In this document: one piece after another, positions 25,258 through 39,807 of the stretch
Position numbering within the stretch: position 1 is the first letter of the stretch
How the letters are laid out: every line of letters begins with the position of its first letter
Source of the DNA: Thalia democratica
Taxonomy: Eukaryota
DNA length: 64,000 nucleotides
Assembly: GCA_965202585.1 (NCBI GenBank)
Contig: OZ241834.1
Location: 25,730,001-25,794,000, forward strand
Reading direction: 5' to 3'
Made by a program: the position numbers and the translations under genes
The notes under the pieces: model-generated
Database searches by the model: none
What the model was told of the DNA's origin: nothing
Seen by the model: the letters and a program-made list of their open reading frames with translations, nothing else

Positions 25258-28200
25258 GATGAATGAATAATAAAGCGACCAAAACGATACTTGCAAGAGT
25301 TACTGACTGTGACGAATTGACTGTCGAGCAGTTATGCTTTGCAAGGTACCTTTTACTTCTTAGCATTTTTGCATTAGCATGTTTGTTTAACACATATATG
25401 CTTATAAAAACTTAGTTGTCTTATTACGAATGTTGAAAAAGTTCCAGTAAGAAAGAAACCATATCTAACTTGTTCTAAAAGTAATTTTTTTTAAAGCATT
25501 AGTTTGAAAAGTCCAGAAATAACAGCCTGTATCTTACAGCACACCTCTAAATACATTAAGAAAAACATAAATGAAACAAAACATGTTAACACACTCCCGA
25601 CTGAGTTTTCCTTTGCCGCTCACCTAAAGTAATAAAGTTTTAACAAAGCACAAGGTTTTTTTTTACCTCAAACTTAAACAAAGTTTCATTATATCGATTT
25701 CATGGAGTTTTGTTAATCGTAAGTTCTATCAAGTATGTTCAAGTTAATTACAGTTTAAACTAATGTGTAAAAAGTAATTTCAAAAGAATAAAAGAGTTCA
25801 TTTTGTTTAGCTTTACTAGTTATGATTACTCATAATCAATATACTCATAAGCAATGTACTCAAAACTTTTATTAAACAGACAACTAGATAACTTTGTTCT
25901 TGCACATACTAGTAACTTACCTTACAACAATGTTTTCCAAACAACCTTTCAAAAACGTACTGTACAGTAACTATGATGATACTTGTTTGAAAGTTGTAAA
26001 CTACGTTTAAACACAAATTTTATTTTCCAGTGTATATGAAAAACTAGTTTAACAGGTAAGTAGTTTAACATTCAATTGGTGTTTCAAACAACTGATTCAA
26101 GCTGTTATACAGTTTAAAAAATAACTGATGCGATTTTGCTCGTTAAACTTAAACCTTGATCAAACTAAGAACTTTAACTTTGCAGATTTCAACCGAATAA
26201 AGTGTGCTGATAAAAGTGAACAAATGGATTTGGTTGTAAATTTTTCAAACAAAATAAAGTTAATTAAATTCAAAGAAGTAAATAAGTCGAAAAAGCTTAT
26301 GAACACTAGCACTAAATTTGAACTTAAACAAAAGCTGATATCTTTTGGATGAAAAATTTTACGTAAAAAAAGAGGTTGGTTTATTTTTTAAGCAGCATTA
26401 TATACAAAATAAAATCGAGTAAGAAAATCGAAATGAAAAAGTTTTGAAGTAAAATTGACAAACTTAGTGTTTGAATAAAGCTTTGTTTACAATCAGCACT
26501 CATAACCTTTCAATCTATCTTTGAAACTTTTTAACTGGAAAATAATGCAACTAGGTTTTTTTTTCAAACTTTGTTTTGTCACTTCTCATAAAGTTTTAAA
26601 GTCAGTCGAAACAACATAGATACTGACACATATTTTGAAACAACAACAGTACTGTTTTTTAAAGTTTACGATTGAAGTGTTTACCAAGTTAAACATGTGT
26701 TTTAACTGCTTTACTGCTAATAGTAATTTCCTAGTTTACTCAACCTAGATTAATCATAATGTTCTGTACCATTGATTTCATTGACTAAATGTTTTGCTTT
26801 TCGAAATTCGTAACTAGTTATCTCTAACTTACTGTTAATGTAGTTAAAAACACAGCTTAGGATAAGTTACATTTTATTCTCGGATGTCGTTAAGAACATA
26901 GCTGTTGTAGCAATAACATATAAACTTGAAGCAAAGTAACTGTTATCTTATTCAATTATAGACCATATAAAACAAAGTATTTGCTTGATTCAAAGTTTTA
27001 CATTGTAGTTTGCCTATTATGGAACTTGTACTGTCACATAATAGGCTGTAAAAAAATGAAGGCTAAAAAAGTTTTTGTCTTGCTTTGTCCAATTTTTCTT
27101 CTTCTTTACATTTATAAAAACTACACAGCTTAAAGCAACAAGTTACAGTAATTTTGCTTTCTTATGTATAGCGTACTTAAGGGTAACAAACAAGTGGTAA
27201 CAAGTTTTTTACTTCTTTTCTTTGTACCATGTTTCAGCTAATCAATTGGTTTATTTCATATGCTTGACAAGATTAGAAAGCTTAAATCAAGTAAGTAGAT
27301 GTAAGCTTTGTAAAATAAAAGATTTATTTATACAAGTTCATCATTTTATTAAGGTATTTTGTTTTGTAAATTGCGTACTTGTTAATAGCGTTCTCTTTCT
27401 TTTGAACAAACGATGTTGTTTACATTTATGTGTTACACCAGTTTTGAATTGTTAAGCATGTTTCAGTTGTAGTTTAATTGTAATTGAACAGTATTTTTTA
27501 AGGACACTAAACATTGTTTGTTATTAACAGTTTAAAACGTTTTCAGTTAATAAGTCAAAGTTTTATTTCTGTTTAAGCGTACTATTTTCATTGAAAAATA
27601 AAAATAGTTTTTACAGTGACGTAGGCACAGTTTTTTTTAATAAACTAAAAAACAAATGAAATATTGAATTAAAAAATGTCCACAAAGTAAGCATGAATAA
27701 GAATAAGTTTTATTTGGAAAAGAAAGTTAAAAGGAAAAAGGCCACGAAAAAGACACTCAAGTTAGTTAAAGCTTTTCACTAAGCATTCGACAATAGTAAG
27801 CAATAAAGTAAGGATTAGAGCAGTTATCTAGCTAGAGTTCCTTTCTTAACAGTTGCATAAAAAAAGTACAGTAGAGAAATTGTAGCGAGCTAGGTATTTA
27901 ATAAATAATGGGTTTATAGTTTGGAGGGAAATTGTTTTTTGATTCTTTTTCACCACAAAGTTGATTAAGTGTGTGTATTTGTGTTGTTGAGTTTAGTAGT
28001 CATTAGTAGCTTGTGTATTTAATTGGTGATCCACCTAATCTTTAGATTCAAAAAGTACATAGCTTAAAACAAACAAGTATCGTCGTTTTGAGTTGTCTCA
28101 TACATAGTTTAAAAAAGAGTTACAAAAAATGGTAACAAGCTGTTCCATTTTTACCTTGGAATCATGTCGTTATTTGTCATAGCCACAGAAAAAATGAGTT

Positions 28201-29792
28201 CAACAAAACAAGTATGAGCTTTGTAAGCAGAAAGATTATTTCAATTGTATGTTTGTTTTAAACAATCACTGTTGTTTACATTACTGTTCAACTTTTAAAC
28301 AGTTTTTTATTGTTTCATTTGCATTCTGATAAGTAAAACTAATACTTATTTGACAATCAGACCTTAAATAAATATCATTGAGCATTTTTAGTATCAAAGC
28401 AAAGTAAATGTTTCTTCTCATTTAATATAATGTCTTATTTAAGCATAATTTTTTATTTAGTGACAGATTGATTTTTTTATTAAACTAACAACAAATATCT
28501 ATTGAGTGTTTGAAAAACAAGTTTACAAAGTAAAATGAACTAGAATAAGTTTTGTTTAAACAATAAGTTAAACAAGAAAATTCCCATTAAAAAACATTTT
28601 TACCTAACATTTAAATACTAGTGAAGCAGAAAAACTTATTCTACATTATCAAAAGTAGTTTAAAATGTCAAGTAGAACTACAAAAACTAAAGTAAGTGTA
28701 ACTAACTAGTAGAAACAAAAACAGAGAAATTCAGCTTTAGAAAGTTTATTTAGAAGTTATTGAAACACACTAACTGTTACTTTTTACCAACACGCACAAT
28801 GTAGATATAAATTTGTACATTTTTTTGTCGCTTAGTTTAAGCTTGTTTGACACTGTTTACTCGACATTAGTAGCTGCTTAAATCAACTGGTGGTCCTGAT
28901 TACTTTAGATATGTAGAAACATAACTTTCAACAAACTACTAGAGTTGTTAAAGGTCAGTAAGTTGTCTCATATCTAGTTAAAACAAGTACCTTTTACTTT
29001 GAAAACTAGAATAATAAATTACTTAAAAAAGTACAAGCAGTTACTTTTTTGTGTTTTACCAAGTTTCAACCAATGAGCTGGTTTGTTTTGTGTGTTTATG
29101 TTTTGAATTGAAAATGTTTCTTGAATATGCTAAACAGAAGTTAGCTTTGAAAGAAGGAATATGTTATTTTACTTGAAAAACACATCTGTAATTTTTTGTC
29201 TTGAACAACCATTTTTGTATTCATTTATGTATTCGTAACTTTTTAAAACGTGTTACATGGCTTCAATTGCAGTTAAGTTGATAAGAAGAACTCGTTTAAA
29301 AAGTTAAAGCTCGGTTGTGTTACTAATAATCAACAACAACTTAAAATAAAGTTACAACTAAGTTTTTGCATGTTATAAGTGATATACATTTTTGTTTAAA
29401 AAGATGATACTTTTTTGTAAGCACTTATTTATTGAATGTTTCAACAGAACTTCAGCAAATGAATAAAAACAAGTGTTTTGTACAAAAAGTATTCAGATGA
29501 AAAATCTTACGGACAACAAAATCAAGTTAGTTAAACATCTTTTACAAACCATTTGATTACAAGCACTACTACTGTTTTTAGACTAATGCAATGCTTTTTC
29601 TACAATATAACGAGTTACAAGTTTATAAAGTATTTGAAACAAAAAAAAAGTGTGTTCATTCAAGTATATGAGTTTTTAATTTACACAAATAAGAATTTAT
29701 TTGTACTAAGCTTATATTCTTGTACTTTAAGTAAACATGAACAGCTGGTTCTATTCAAATGGTGGTCCTGAAAAGGACCGGTTGTTTAGCGT

Positions 29793-30152
29793 TTATTTTG
29801 AGCTGGTGTATTTGGTAACAGCTTTAGTTCCTTCTGAAACTGCGTGCTTTGACAACTCGCCGGGGAGCAAGAGCCTGACAGCAGTTTGAATTTCGCGGCT
29901 GCTAACAGTTGACCTCTTGTTGTAATGAGCCAAACGTGAAGCCTCTGCTGCAATGCGCTCGAAGATGTCGTTGACAAATGAGTTCATGATTCCCATTGCC
30001 TTGCTGGAAATTCCGGTGTCGGGGTGCACTTGCTTCAAAACTTTGTACACATAGATGCCAAAGCTTTCTTTGTTCCTCCTCCTTCGCTTCTTCTTGCCGT
30101 CGACCGGAGCGGTCTTGGCTACTGACTTCTTCGCGCCTTTGGTTGCTGTCAT
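29793..30152 (-). CDS. H2B: Histone H2B, unit 5
   Basis: Same protein. Confidence 0.98.
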   Translation of the reverse strand: MTATKGAKKSVAKTAPVDGKKKRRRRNKESFGIYVYKVLKQVHPDTGISSKAMGIMNSFVNDIFERIAAEASRLAHYNKRSTVSSREIQTAVRLLLPGELSKHAVSEGTKAVTKYTSSK

Positions 30153-30316
30153 GATGATGTGTGGACTTCTGTCTCGGCGCCAGTTTATATGCTGAAAAAT
30201 TATGCAAATTAGCATAGTTCCGTACGCGAACGATAGCTGGTTTCTCTCACTTCACAATTCTCTCGTTTGTTGTAAATATTTTGGTGGTCCTGAAAAGGAC
30301 CTGGTTTTTTTTTAAC

Positions 30317-30697
30317 TTAGGCTGACTTTTTTGAAGCGGTCTTCTTAGGCAATAGTACTGCCTGGATGTTTGGAAGAACACCACCTTGAGCAATTGTGAC
30401 GCCTCCGAGAAGTTTGTTCAACTCTTCGTCGTTGCGAATAGCTAGTTGCAAATGGCGAGGAATGATCCTGCTTTTCTTGTTGTCACGAGCAGCGTTACCG
30501 GCAAGCTCGAGCACTTCTGCGCTCAAGTACTCGAGAACGGCAGCCAGATAAACTGGAGCACCAGCTCCGACTCTTTGGCTGTAGTTGCCGGTGCGCAACA
30601 GGCGGTGCACGCGACCGACTGGAAACTGCAGTCCTGCACGGGAAGACCTGCTCTTCGGCTTAGATTTGAGTTTTGATCCTTTACCACGTCCTGACAT
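30317..30697 (-). CDS. H2A: Histone H2A, unit 5
   Basis: Same protein. Confidence 0.98.
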   Translation of the reverse strand: MSGRGKGSKLKSKPKSRSSRAGLQFPVGRVHRLLRTGNYSQRVGAGAPVYLAAVLEYLSAEVLELAGNAARDNKKSRIIPRHLQLAIRNDEELNKLLGGVTIAQGGVLPNIQAVLLPKKTASKKSA

Positions 30698-30879
30698 TTT
30701 GTTGTTCGAATGATTGTGATGATAGCTTGCACAGCTCACTATAAAACTCATACCTAACCGCGTCGAACGAAAAACTAATTTGCATATGTCATAGCTAATG
30801 CTTAATCTTGTCAAAAGTGTTGTAAAACTTTTATATTGAATTAGGTGGTCCTAAAAAGGACCGGGTTTGCTAAAAGCGA

Positions 30880-31227
<348 letters not shown>

Positions 31228-31379
31228 TTATATACAAGCTGTTACGGACGCGTACGGTTACTACTAACTAATTTGCATACTCAAAAAAGTCTCTTAACTT
31301 ACATTTTTTCGTTCGGTTAAGTTTTTCTCACTGTCAAAGTTTTAAGGTGGCCCTGAAAAGGACCGGTTTTAGCTAACGC

Positions 31380-31871
<492 letters not shown>

Positions 31872-31971
31872 CTAATTTGCATATTTTCAACTTAGCATTG
31901 TTTTATGCATTTCGAGTTGCGTTATATTTTGTTTGAGTGGTCCTGAAAAGGACCTTGGGTAAAAGAACAAC

Positions 31972-32532
31972 TTATTTTTTGCAGCTCTTCTTCTTGGATG
32001 CTTTTTTGGCTGCCGGCTTCTTCTTGGTTACTTTCTTCTTCTTGCTTGCAGCTTTTTTAGATGCTGCCTTCTTAGGAGCGCACTTTTTAGCAGGTCGCTT
32101 TTTGGCTGCTGGTTTTTTTGCAGCCTTCTTGGGAGCACACTTCTTTTTTGGTTTTTTAGCTGCGGCCTTCTTTGCTGCTGGCTTTTTAGCTACTTTCTTT
32201 GTCCTCTTCTTGGGCCCAGCAGCTGGCATTGGAGCAAGCTTGAACGAGCCAGAAGCGCCTTTTCCAGTTGTCTGGAGAAAAGCACCTTTGGTCACGCCGC
32301 TGGTAAGTGCTCTCTTCAAGTGAGAATTGGAAGCTGTGAGGTCAAGCTTGTAGGTGTCCGCAATAAACTTTTGTATCTTCTGGCGGGATGTACCTTTTCG
32401 TTCCTTCATTGCTCCAAGGGCAGAGCTAATCATTTCCCTGTAAGTAGGGTGCTCTGCCTTCTTGGCGCTTGGTCTCTTGGAGGACCTGGCTGCGGCTGGC
32501 GCTGGTACTGCTGCTACTGCTGTGGTAGACAT
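31972..32532 (-). CDS. H1: Histone H1, unit 5
   Basis: Type B H1 protein. Confidence 0.96.
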   Translation of the reverse strand: MSTTAVAAVPAPAAARSSKRPSAKKAEHPTYREMISSALGAMKERKGTSRQKIQKFIADTYKLDLTASNSHLKRALTSGVTKGAFLQTTGKGASGSFKLAPMPAAGPKKRTKKVAKKPAAKKAAAKKPKKKCAPKKAAKKPAAKKRPAKKCAPKKAASKKAASKKKKVTKKKPAAKKASKKKSCKK

Positions 32533-35500
32533 GATGAATGAATAATAAAGCGACCAAAACGATACTTGCAAGAGTTACTGACTGTGACGAATTGACTGTC
32601 GAGCAGTTATGCTTTGCAAGGTACCTTTTACTTCTTAGCATTTTTGCATTAGCATGTTTGTTTAACACATATATGCTTATAAAAACTTAGTTGTCTTATT
32701 ACGAATGTTGAAAAAGTTCCAGTAAGAAAGAAACCATATCTAACTTGTTCTAAAAGTAATTTTTTTTAAAGCATTAGTTTGAAAAGTCCAGAAATAACAG
32801 CCTGTATCTTACAGCACACCTCTAAATACATTAAGAAAAACATAAATGAAACAAAACATGTTAACACACTCCCGACTGAGTTTTCCTTTGCCGCTCACCT
32901 AAAGTAATAAAGTTTTAACAAAGCACAAGGTTTTTTTTTACCTCAAACTTAAACAAAGTTTCATTATATCGATTTCATGGAGTTTTGTTAATCGTAAGTT
33001 CTATCAAGTATGTTCAAGTTAATTACAGTTTAAACTAATGTGTAAAAAGTAATTTCAAAAGAATAAAAGAGTTCATTTTGTTTAGCTTTACTAGTTATGA
33101 TTACTCATAATCAATATACTCATAAGCAATGTACTCAAAACTTTTATTAAACAGACAACTAGATAACTTTGTTCTTGCACATACTAGTAACTTACCTTAC
33201 AACAATGTTTTCCAAACAACCTTTCAAAAACGTACTGTACAGTAACTATGATGATACTTGTTTGAAAGTTGTAAACTACGTTTAAACACAAATTTTATTT
33301 TCCAGTGTATATGAAAAACTAGTTTAACAGGTAAGTAGTTTAACATTCAATTGGTGTTTCAAACAACTGATTCAAGCTGTTATACAGTTTAAAAAATAAC
33401 TGATGCGATTTTGCTCGTTAAACTTAAACCTTGATCAAACTAAGAACTTTAACTTTGCAGATTTCAACCGAATAAAGTGTGCTGATAAAAGTGAACAAAT
33501 GGATTTGGTTGTAAATTTTTCAAACAAAATAAAGTTAATTAAATTCAAAGAAGTAAATAAGTCGAAAAAGCTTATGAACACTAGCACTAAATTTGAACTT
33601 AAACAAAAGCTGATATCTTTTGGATGAAAAATTTTACGTAAAAAAAGAGGTTGGTTTATTTTTTAAGCAGCATTATATACAAAATAAAATCGAGTAAGAA
33701 AATCGAAATGAAAAAGTTTTGAAGTAAAATTGACAAACTTAGTGTTTGAATAAAGCTTTGTTTACAATCAGCACTCATAACCTTTCAATCTATCTTTGAA
33801 ACTTTTTAACTGGAAAATAATGCAACTAGGTTTTTTTTTCAAACTTTGTTTTGTCACTTCTCATAAAGTTTTAAAGTCAGTCGAAACAACATAGATACTG
33901 ACACATATTTTGAAACAACAACAGTACTGTTTTTTAAAGTTTACGATTGAAGTGTTTACCAAGTTAAACATGTGTTTTAACTGCTTTACTGCTAATAGTA
34001 ATTTCCTAGTTTACTCAACCTAGATTAATCATAATGTTCTGTACCATTGATTTCATTGACTAAATGTTTTGCTTTTCGAAATTCGTAACTAGTTATCTCT
34101 AACTTACTGTTAATGTAGTTAAAAACACAGCTTAGGATAAGTTACATTTTATTCTCGGATGTCGTTAAGAACATAGCTGTTGTAGCAATAACATATAAAC
34201 TTGAAGCAAAGTAACTGTTATCTTATTCAATTATAGACCATATAAAACAAAGTATTTGCTTGATTCAAAGTTTTACATTGTAGTTTGCCTATTATGGAAC
34301 TTGTACTGTCACATAATAGGCTGTAAAAAAATGAAGGCTAAAAAAGTTTTTGTCTTGCTTTGTCCAATTTTTCTTCTTCTTTACATTTATAAAAACTACA
34401 CAGCTTAAAGCAACAAGTTACAGTAATTTTGCTTTCTTATGTATAGCGTACTTAAGGGTAACAAACAAGTGGTAACAAGTTTTTTACTTCTTTTCTTTGT
34501 ACCATGTTTCAGCTAATCAATTGGTTTATTTCATATGCTTGACAAGATTAGAAAGCTTAAATCAAGTAAGTAGATGTAAGCTTTGTAAAATAAAAGATTT
34601 ATTTATACAAGTTCATCATTTTATTAAGGTATTTTGTTTTGTAAATTGCGTACTTGTTAATAGCGTTCTCTTTCTTTTGAACAAACGATGTTGTTTACAT
34701 TTATGTGTTACACCAGTTTTGAATTGCTAAGCATGTTTCAGTTGTAGTTTAATTGTAATTGAACAGTATTTTTTAAGGACACTAAACATTGTTTGTTATT
34801 AACAGTTTAAAACGTTTTCAGTTAATAAGTCAAAGTTTTATTTCTGTTTAAGCGTACTATTTTCATTGAAAAATAAAAATAGTTTTTACAGTGACGTAGG
34901 CACAGTTTTTTTTAATAAACTAAAAAACAAATGAAATATTGAATTAAAAAATGTCCACAAAGTAAGCATGAATAAGAATAAGTTTTATTTGGAAAAGAAA
35001 GTTAAAAGGAAAAAGGCCACGAAAAAGACACTCAAGTTAGTTAAAGCTTTTCACTAAGCATTCGACAATAGTAAGCAATAAAGTAAGGATTAGAGCAGTT
35101 ATCTAGCTAGAGTTCCTTTCTTAACAGTTGCATAAAAAAAGTACAGTAGAGAAATTGTAGCGAGCTAGGTATTTAATAAATAATGGGTTTATAGTTTGGA
35201 GGGAAATTGTTTTTTGATTCTTTTTCACCACAAAGTTGATTAAGTGTGTGTATTTGTGTTGTTGAGTTTAGTAGTCATTAGTAGCTTGTGTATTTAATTG
35301 GTGATCCACCTAATCTTTAGATTCAAAAAGTACATAGCTTAAAACAAACAAGTATCGTCGTTTTGAGTTGTCTCATACATAGTTTAAAAAAGAGTTACAA
35401 AAAATGGTAACAAGCTGTTCCATTTTTACCTTGGAATCATGTCGTTATTTGTCATAGCCACAGAAAAAATGAGTTCAACAAAACAAGTATGAGCTTTGTA

Positions 35501-37067
35501 AGCAGAAAGATTATTTCAATTGTATGTTTGTTTTAAACAATCACTGTTGTTTACATTACTGTTCAACTTTTAAACAGTTTTTTATTGTTTCATTTGCATT
35601 CTGATAAGTAAAACTAATACTTATTTGACAATCAGACCTTAAATAAATATCATTGAGCATTTTTAGTATCAAAGCAAAGTAAATGTTTCTTCTCATTTAA
35701 TATAATGTCTTATTTAAGCATAATTTTTTATTTAGTGACAGATTGATTTTTTTATTAAACTAACAACAAATATCTATTGAGTGTTTGAAAAACAAGTTTA
35801 CAAAGTAAAATGAACTAGAATAAGTTTTGTTTAAACAATAAGTTAAACAAGAAAATTCCCATTAAAAAACATTTTTACCTAACATTTAAATACTAGTGAA
35901 GCAGAAAAACTTATTCTACATTATCAAAAGTAGTTTAAAATGTCAAGTAGAACTACAAAAACTAAAGTAAGTGTAACTAACTAGTAGAAACAAAAACAGA
36001 GAAATTCAGCTTTAGAAAGTTTATTTAGAAGTTATTGAAACACACTAACTGTTACTTTTTACCAACACGCACAATGTAGATATAAATTTGTACATTTTTT
36101 TGTCGCTTAGTTTAAGCTTGTTTGACACTGTTTACTCGACATTAGTAGCTGCTTAAATCAACTGGTGGTCCTGATTACTTTAGATATGTAGAAACATAAC
36201 TTTCAACAAACTACTAGAGTTGTTAAAGGTCAGTAAGTTGTCTCATATCTAGTTAAAACAAGTACCTTTTACTTTGAAAACTAGAATAATAAATTACTTA
36301 AAAAAGTACAAGCAGTTACTTTTTTGTGTTTTACCAAGTTTCAACCAATGAGCTGGTTTGTTTTGTGTGTTTATGTTTTGAATTGAAAATGTTTCTTGAA
36401 TATGCTAAACAGAAGTTAGCTTTGAAAGAAGGAATATGTTATTTTACTTGAAAAACACATCTGTAATTTTTTGTCTTGAACAACCATTTTTGTATTCATT
36501 TATGTATTCGTAACTTTTTAAAACGTGTTACATGGCTTCAATTGCAGTTAAGTTGATAAGAAGAACTCGTTTAAAAAGTTAAAGCTCGGTTGTGTTACTA
36601 ATAATCAACAACAACTTAAAATAAAGTTACAACTAAGTTTTTGCATGTTATAAGTGATATACATTTTTGTTTAAAAAGATGATACTTTTTTGTAAGCACT
36701 TATTTATTGAATGTTTCAACAGAACTTCAGCAAATGAATAAAAACAAGTGTTTTGTACAAAAAGTATTCAGATGAAAAATCTTACGGACAACAAAATCAA
36801 GTTAGTTAAACATCTTTTACAAACCATTTGATTACAAGCACTACTACTGTTTTTAGACTAATGCAATGCTTTTTCTACAATATAACGAGTTACAAGTTTA
36901 TAAAGTATTTGAAACAAAAAAAAAGTGTGTTCATTCAAGTATATGAGTTTTTAATTTACACAAATAAGAATTTATTTGTACTAAGCTTATATTCTTGTAC
37001 TTTAAGTAAACATGAACAGCTGGTTCTATTCAAATGGTGGTCCTGAAAAGGACCGGTTGTTTAGCGT

Positions 37068-37427
37068 TTATTTTGAGCTGGTGTATTTGGTAACAGCTTT
37101 AGTTCCTTCTGAAACTGCGTGCTTTGACAACTCGCCGGGGAGCAAGAGCCTGACAGCAGTTTGAATTTCGCGGCTGCTAACAGTTGACCTCTTGTTGTAA
37201 TGAGCCAAACGTGAAGCCTCTGCTGCAATGCGCTCGAAGATGTCGTTGACAAATGAGTTCATGATTCCCATTGCCTTGCTGGAAATTCCGGTGTCGGGGT
37301 GCACTTGCTTCAAAACTTTGTACACATAGATGCCAAAGCTTTCTTTGTTCCTCCTCCTTCGCTTCTTCTTGCCGTCGACCGGAGCGGTCTTGGCTACTGA
37401 CTTCTTCGCGCCTTTGGTTGCTGTCAT
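37068..37427 (-). CDS. H2B: Histone H2B, unit 6
   Basis: Same protein. Confidence 0.98.
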   Translation of the reverse strand: MTATKGAKKSVAKTAPVDGKKKRRRRNKESFGIYVYKVLKQVHPDTGISSKAMGIMNSFVNDIFERIAAEASRLAHYNKRSTVSSREIQTAVRLLLPGELSKHAVSEGTKAVTKYTSSK

Positions 37428-37591
37428 GATGATGTGTGGACTTCTGTCTCGGCGCCAGTTTATATGCTGAAAAATTATGCAAATTAGCATAGTTCCGTAC
37501 GCGAACGATAGCTGGTTTCTCTCACTTCACAATTCTCTCGTTTGTTGTAAATATTTTGGTGGTCCTGAAAAGGACCTGGTTTTTTTTTAAC

Positions 37592-37972
37592 TTAGGCTGA
37601 CTTTTTTGAAGCGGTCTTCTTAGGCAATAGTACTGCCTGGATGTTTGGAAGAACACCACCTTGAGCAATTGTGACGCCTCCGAGAAGTTTGTTCAACTCT
37701 TCGTCGTTGCGAATAGCTAGTTGCAAATGGCGAGGAATGATCCTGCTTTTCTTGTTGTCACGAGCAGCGTTACCGGCAAGCTCGAGCACTTCTGCGCTCA
37801 AGTACTCGAGAACGGCAGCCAGATAAACTGGAGCACCAGCTCCGACTCTTTGGCTGTAGTTGCCGGTGCGCAACAGGCGGTGCACGCGACCGACTGGAAA
37901 CTGCAGTCCTGCACGGGAAGACCTGCTCTTCGGCTTAGATTTGAGTTTTGATCCTTTACCACGTCCTGACAT
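37592..37972 (-). CDS. H2A: Histone H2A, unit 6
   Basis: Same protein. Confidence 0.98.
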   Translation of the reverse strand: MSGRGKGSKLKSKPKSRSSRAGLQFPVGRVHRLLRTGNYSQRVGAGAPVYLAAVLEYLSAEVLELAGNAARDNKKSRIIPRHLQLAIRNDEELNKLLGGVTIAQGGVLPNIQAVLLPKKTASKKSA

Positions 37973-38154
37973 TTTGTTGTTCGAATGATTGTGATGATAG
38001 CTTGCACAGCTCACTATAAAACTCATACCTAACCGCGTCGAACGAAAAACTAATTTGCATATGTCATAGCTAATGCTTAATCTTGTCAAAAGTGTTGTAA
38101 AACTTTTATATTGAATTAGGTGGTCCTAAAAAGGACCGGGTTTGCTAAAAGCGA

Positions 38155-38502
<348 letters not shown>

Positions 38503-38654
38503 TTATATACAAGCTGTTACGGACGCGTACGGTTACTACTAACTAATTTGCATACTCAAAAAAGTCTCTTAACTTACATTTTTTCGTTCGGTTAAGTTTT
38601 TCTCACTGTCAAAGTTTTAAGGTGGCCCTGAAAAGGACCGGTTTTAGCTAACGC

Positions 38655-39146
<492 letters not shown>

Positions 39147-39246
39147 CTAATTTGCATATTTTCAACTTAGCATTGTTTTATGCATTTCGAGTTGCGTTAT
39201 ATTTTGTTTGAGTGGTCCTGAAAAGGACCTTGGGTAAAAGAACAAC

Positions 39247-39807
39247 TTATTTTTTGCAGCTCTTCTTCTTGGATGCTTTTTTGGCTGCCGGCTTCTTCTT
39301 GGTTACTTTCTTCTTCTTGCTTGCAGCTTTTTTAGATGCTGCCTTCTTAGGAGCGCACTTTTTAGCAGGTCGCTTTTTGGCTGCTGGTTTTTTTGCAGCC
39401 TTCTTGGGAGCACACTTCTTTTTTGGTTTTTTAGCTGCGGCCTTCTTTGCTGCTGGCTTTTTAGCTACTTTCTTTGTCCTCTTCTTGGGCCCAGCAGCTG
39501 GCATTGGAGCAAGCTTGAACGAGCCAGAAGCGCCTTTTCCAGTTGTCTGGAGAAAAGCACCTTTGGTCACGCCGCTGGTAAGTGCTCTCTTCAAGTGAGA
39601 ATTGGAAGCTGTGAGGTCAAGCTTGTAGGTGTCCGCAATAAACTTTTGTATCTTCTGGCGGGATGTACCTTTTCGTTCCTTCATTGCTCCAAGGGCAGAG
39701 CTAATCATTTCCCTGTAAGTAGGGTGCTCTGCCTTCTTGGCGCTTGGTCTCTTGGAGGACCTGGCTGCGGCTGGCGCTGGTACTGCTGCTACTGCTGTGG
39801 TAGACAT
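39247..39807 (-). CDS. H1: Histone H1, unit 6
   Basis: Type B H1 protein. Confidence 0.96.
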   Translation of the reverse strand: MSTTAVAAVPAPAAARSSKRPSAKKAEHPTYREMISSALGAMKERKGTSRQKIQKFIADTYKLDLTASNSHLKRALTSGVTKGAFLQTTGKGASGSFKLAPMPAAGPKKRTKKVAKKPAAKKAAAKKPKKKCAPKKAAKKPAAKKRPAKKCAPKKAASKKAASKKKKVTKKKPAAKKASKKKSCKK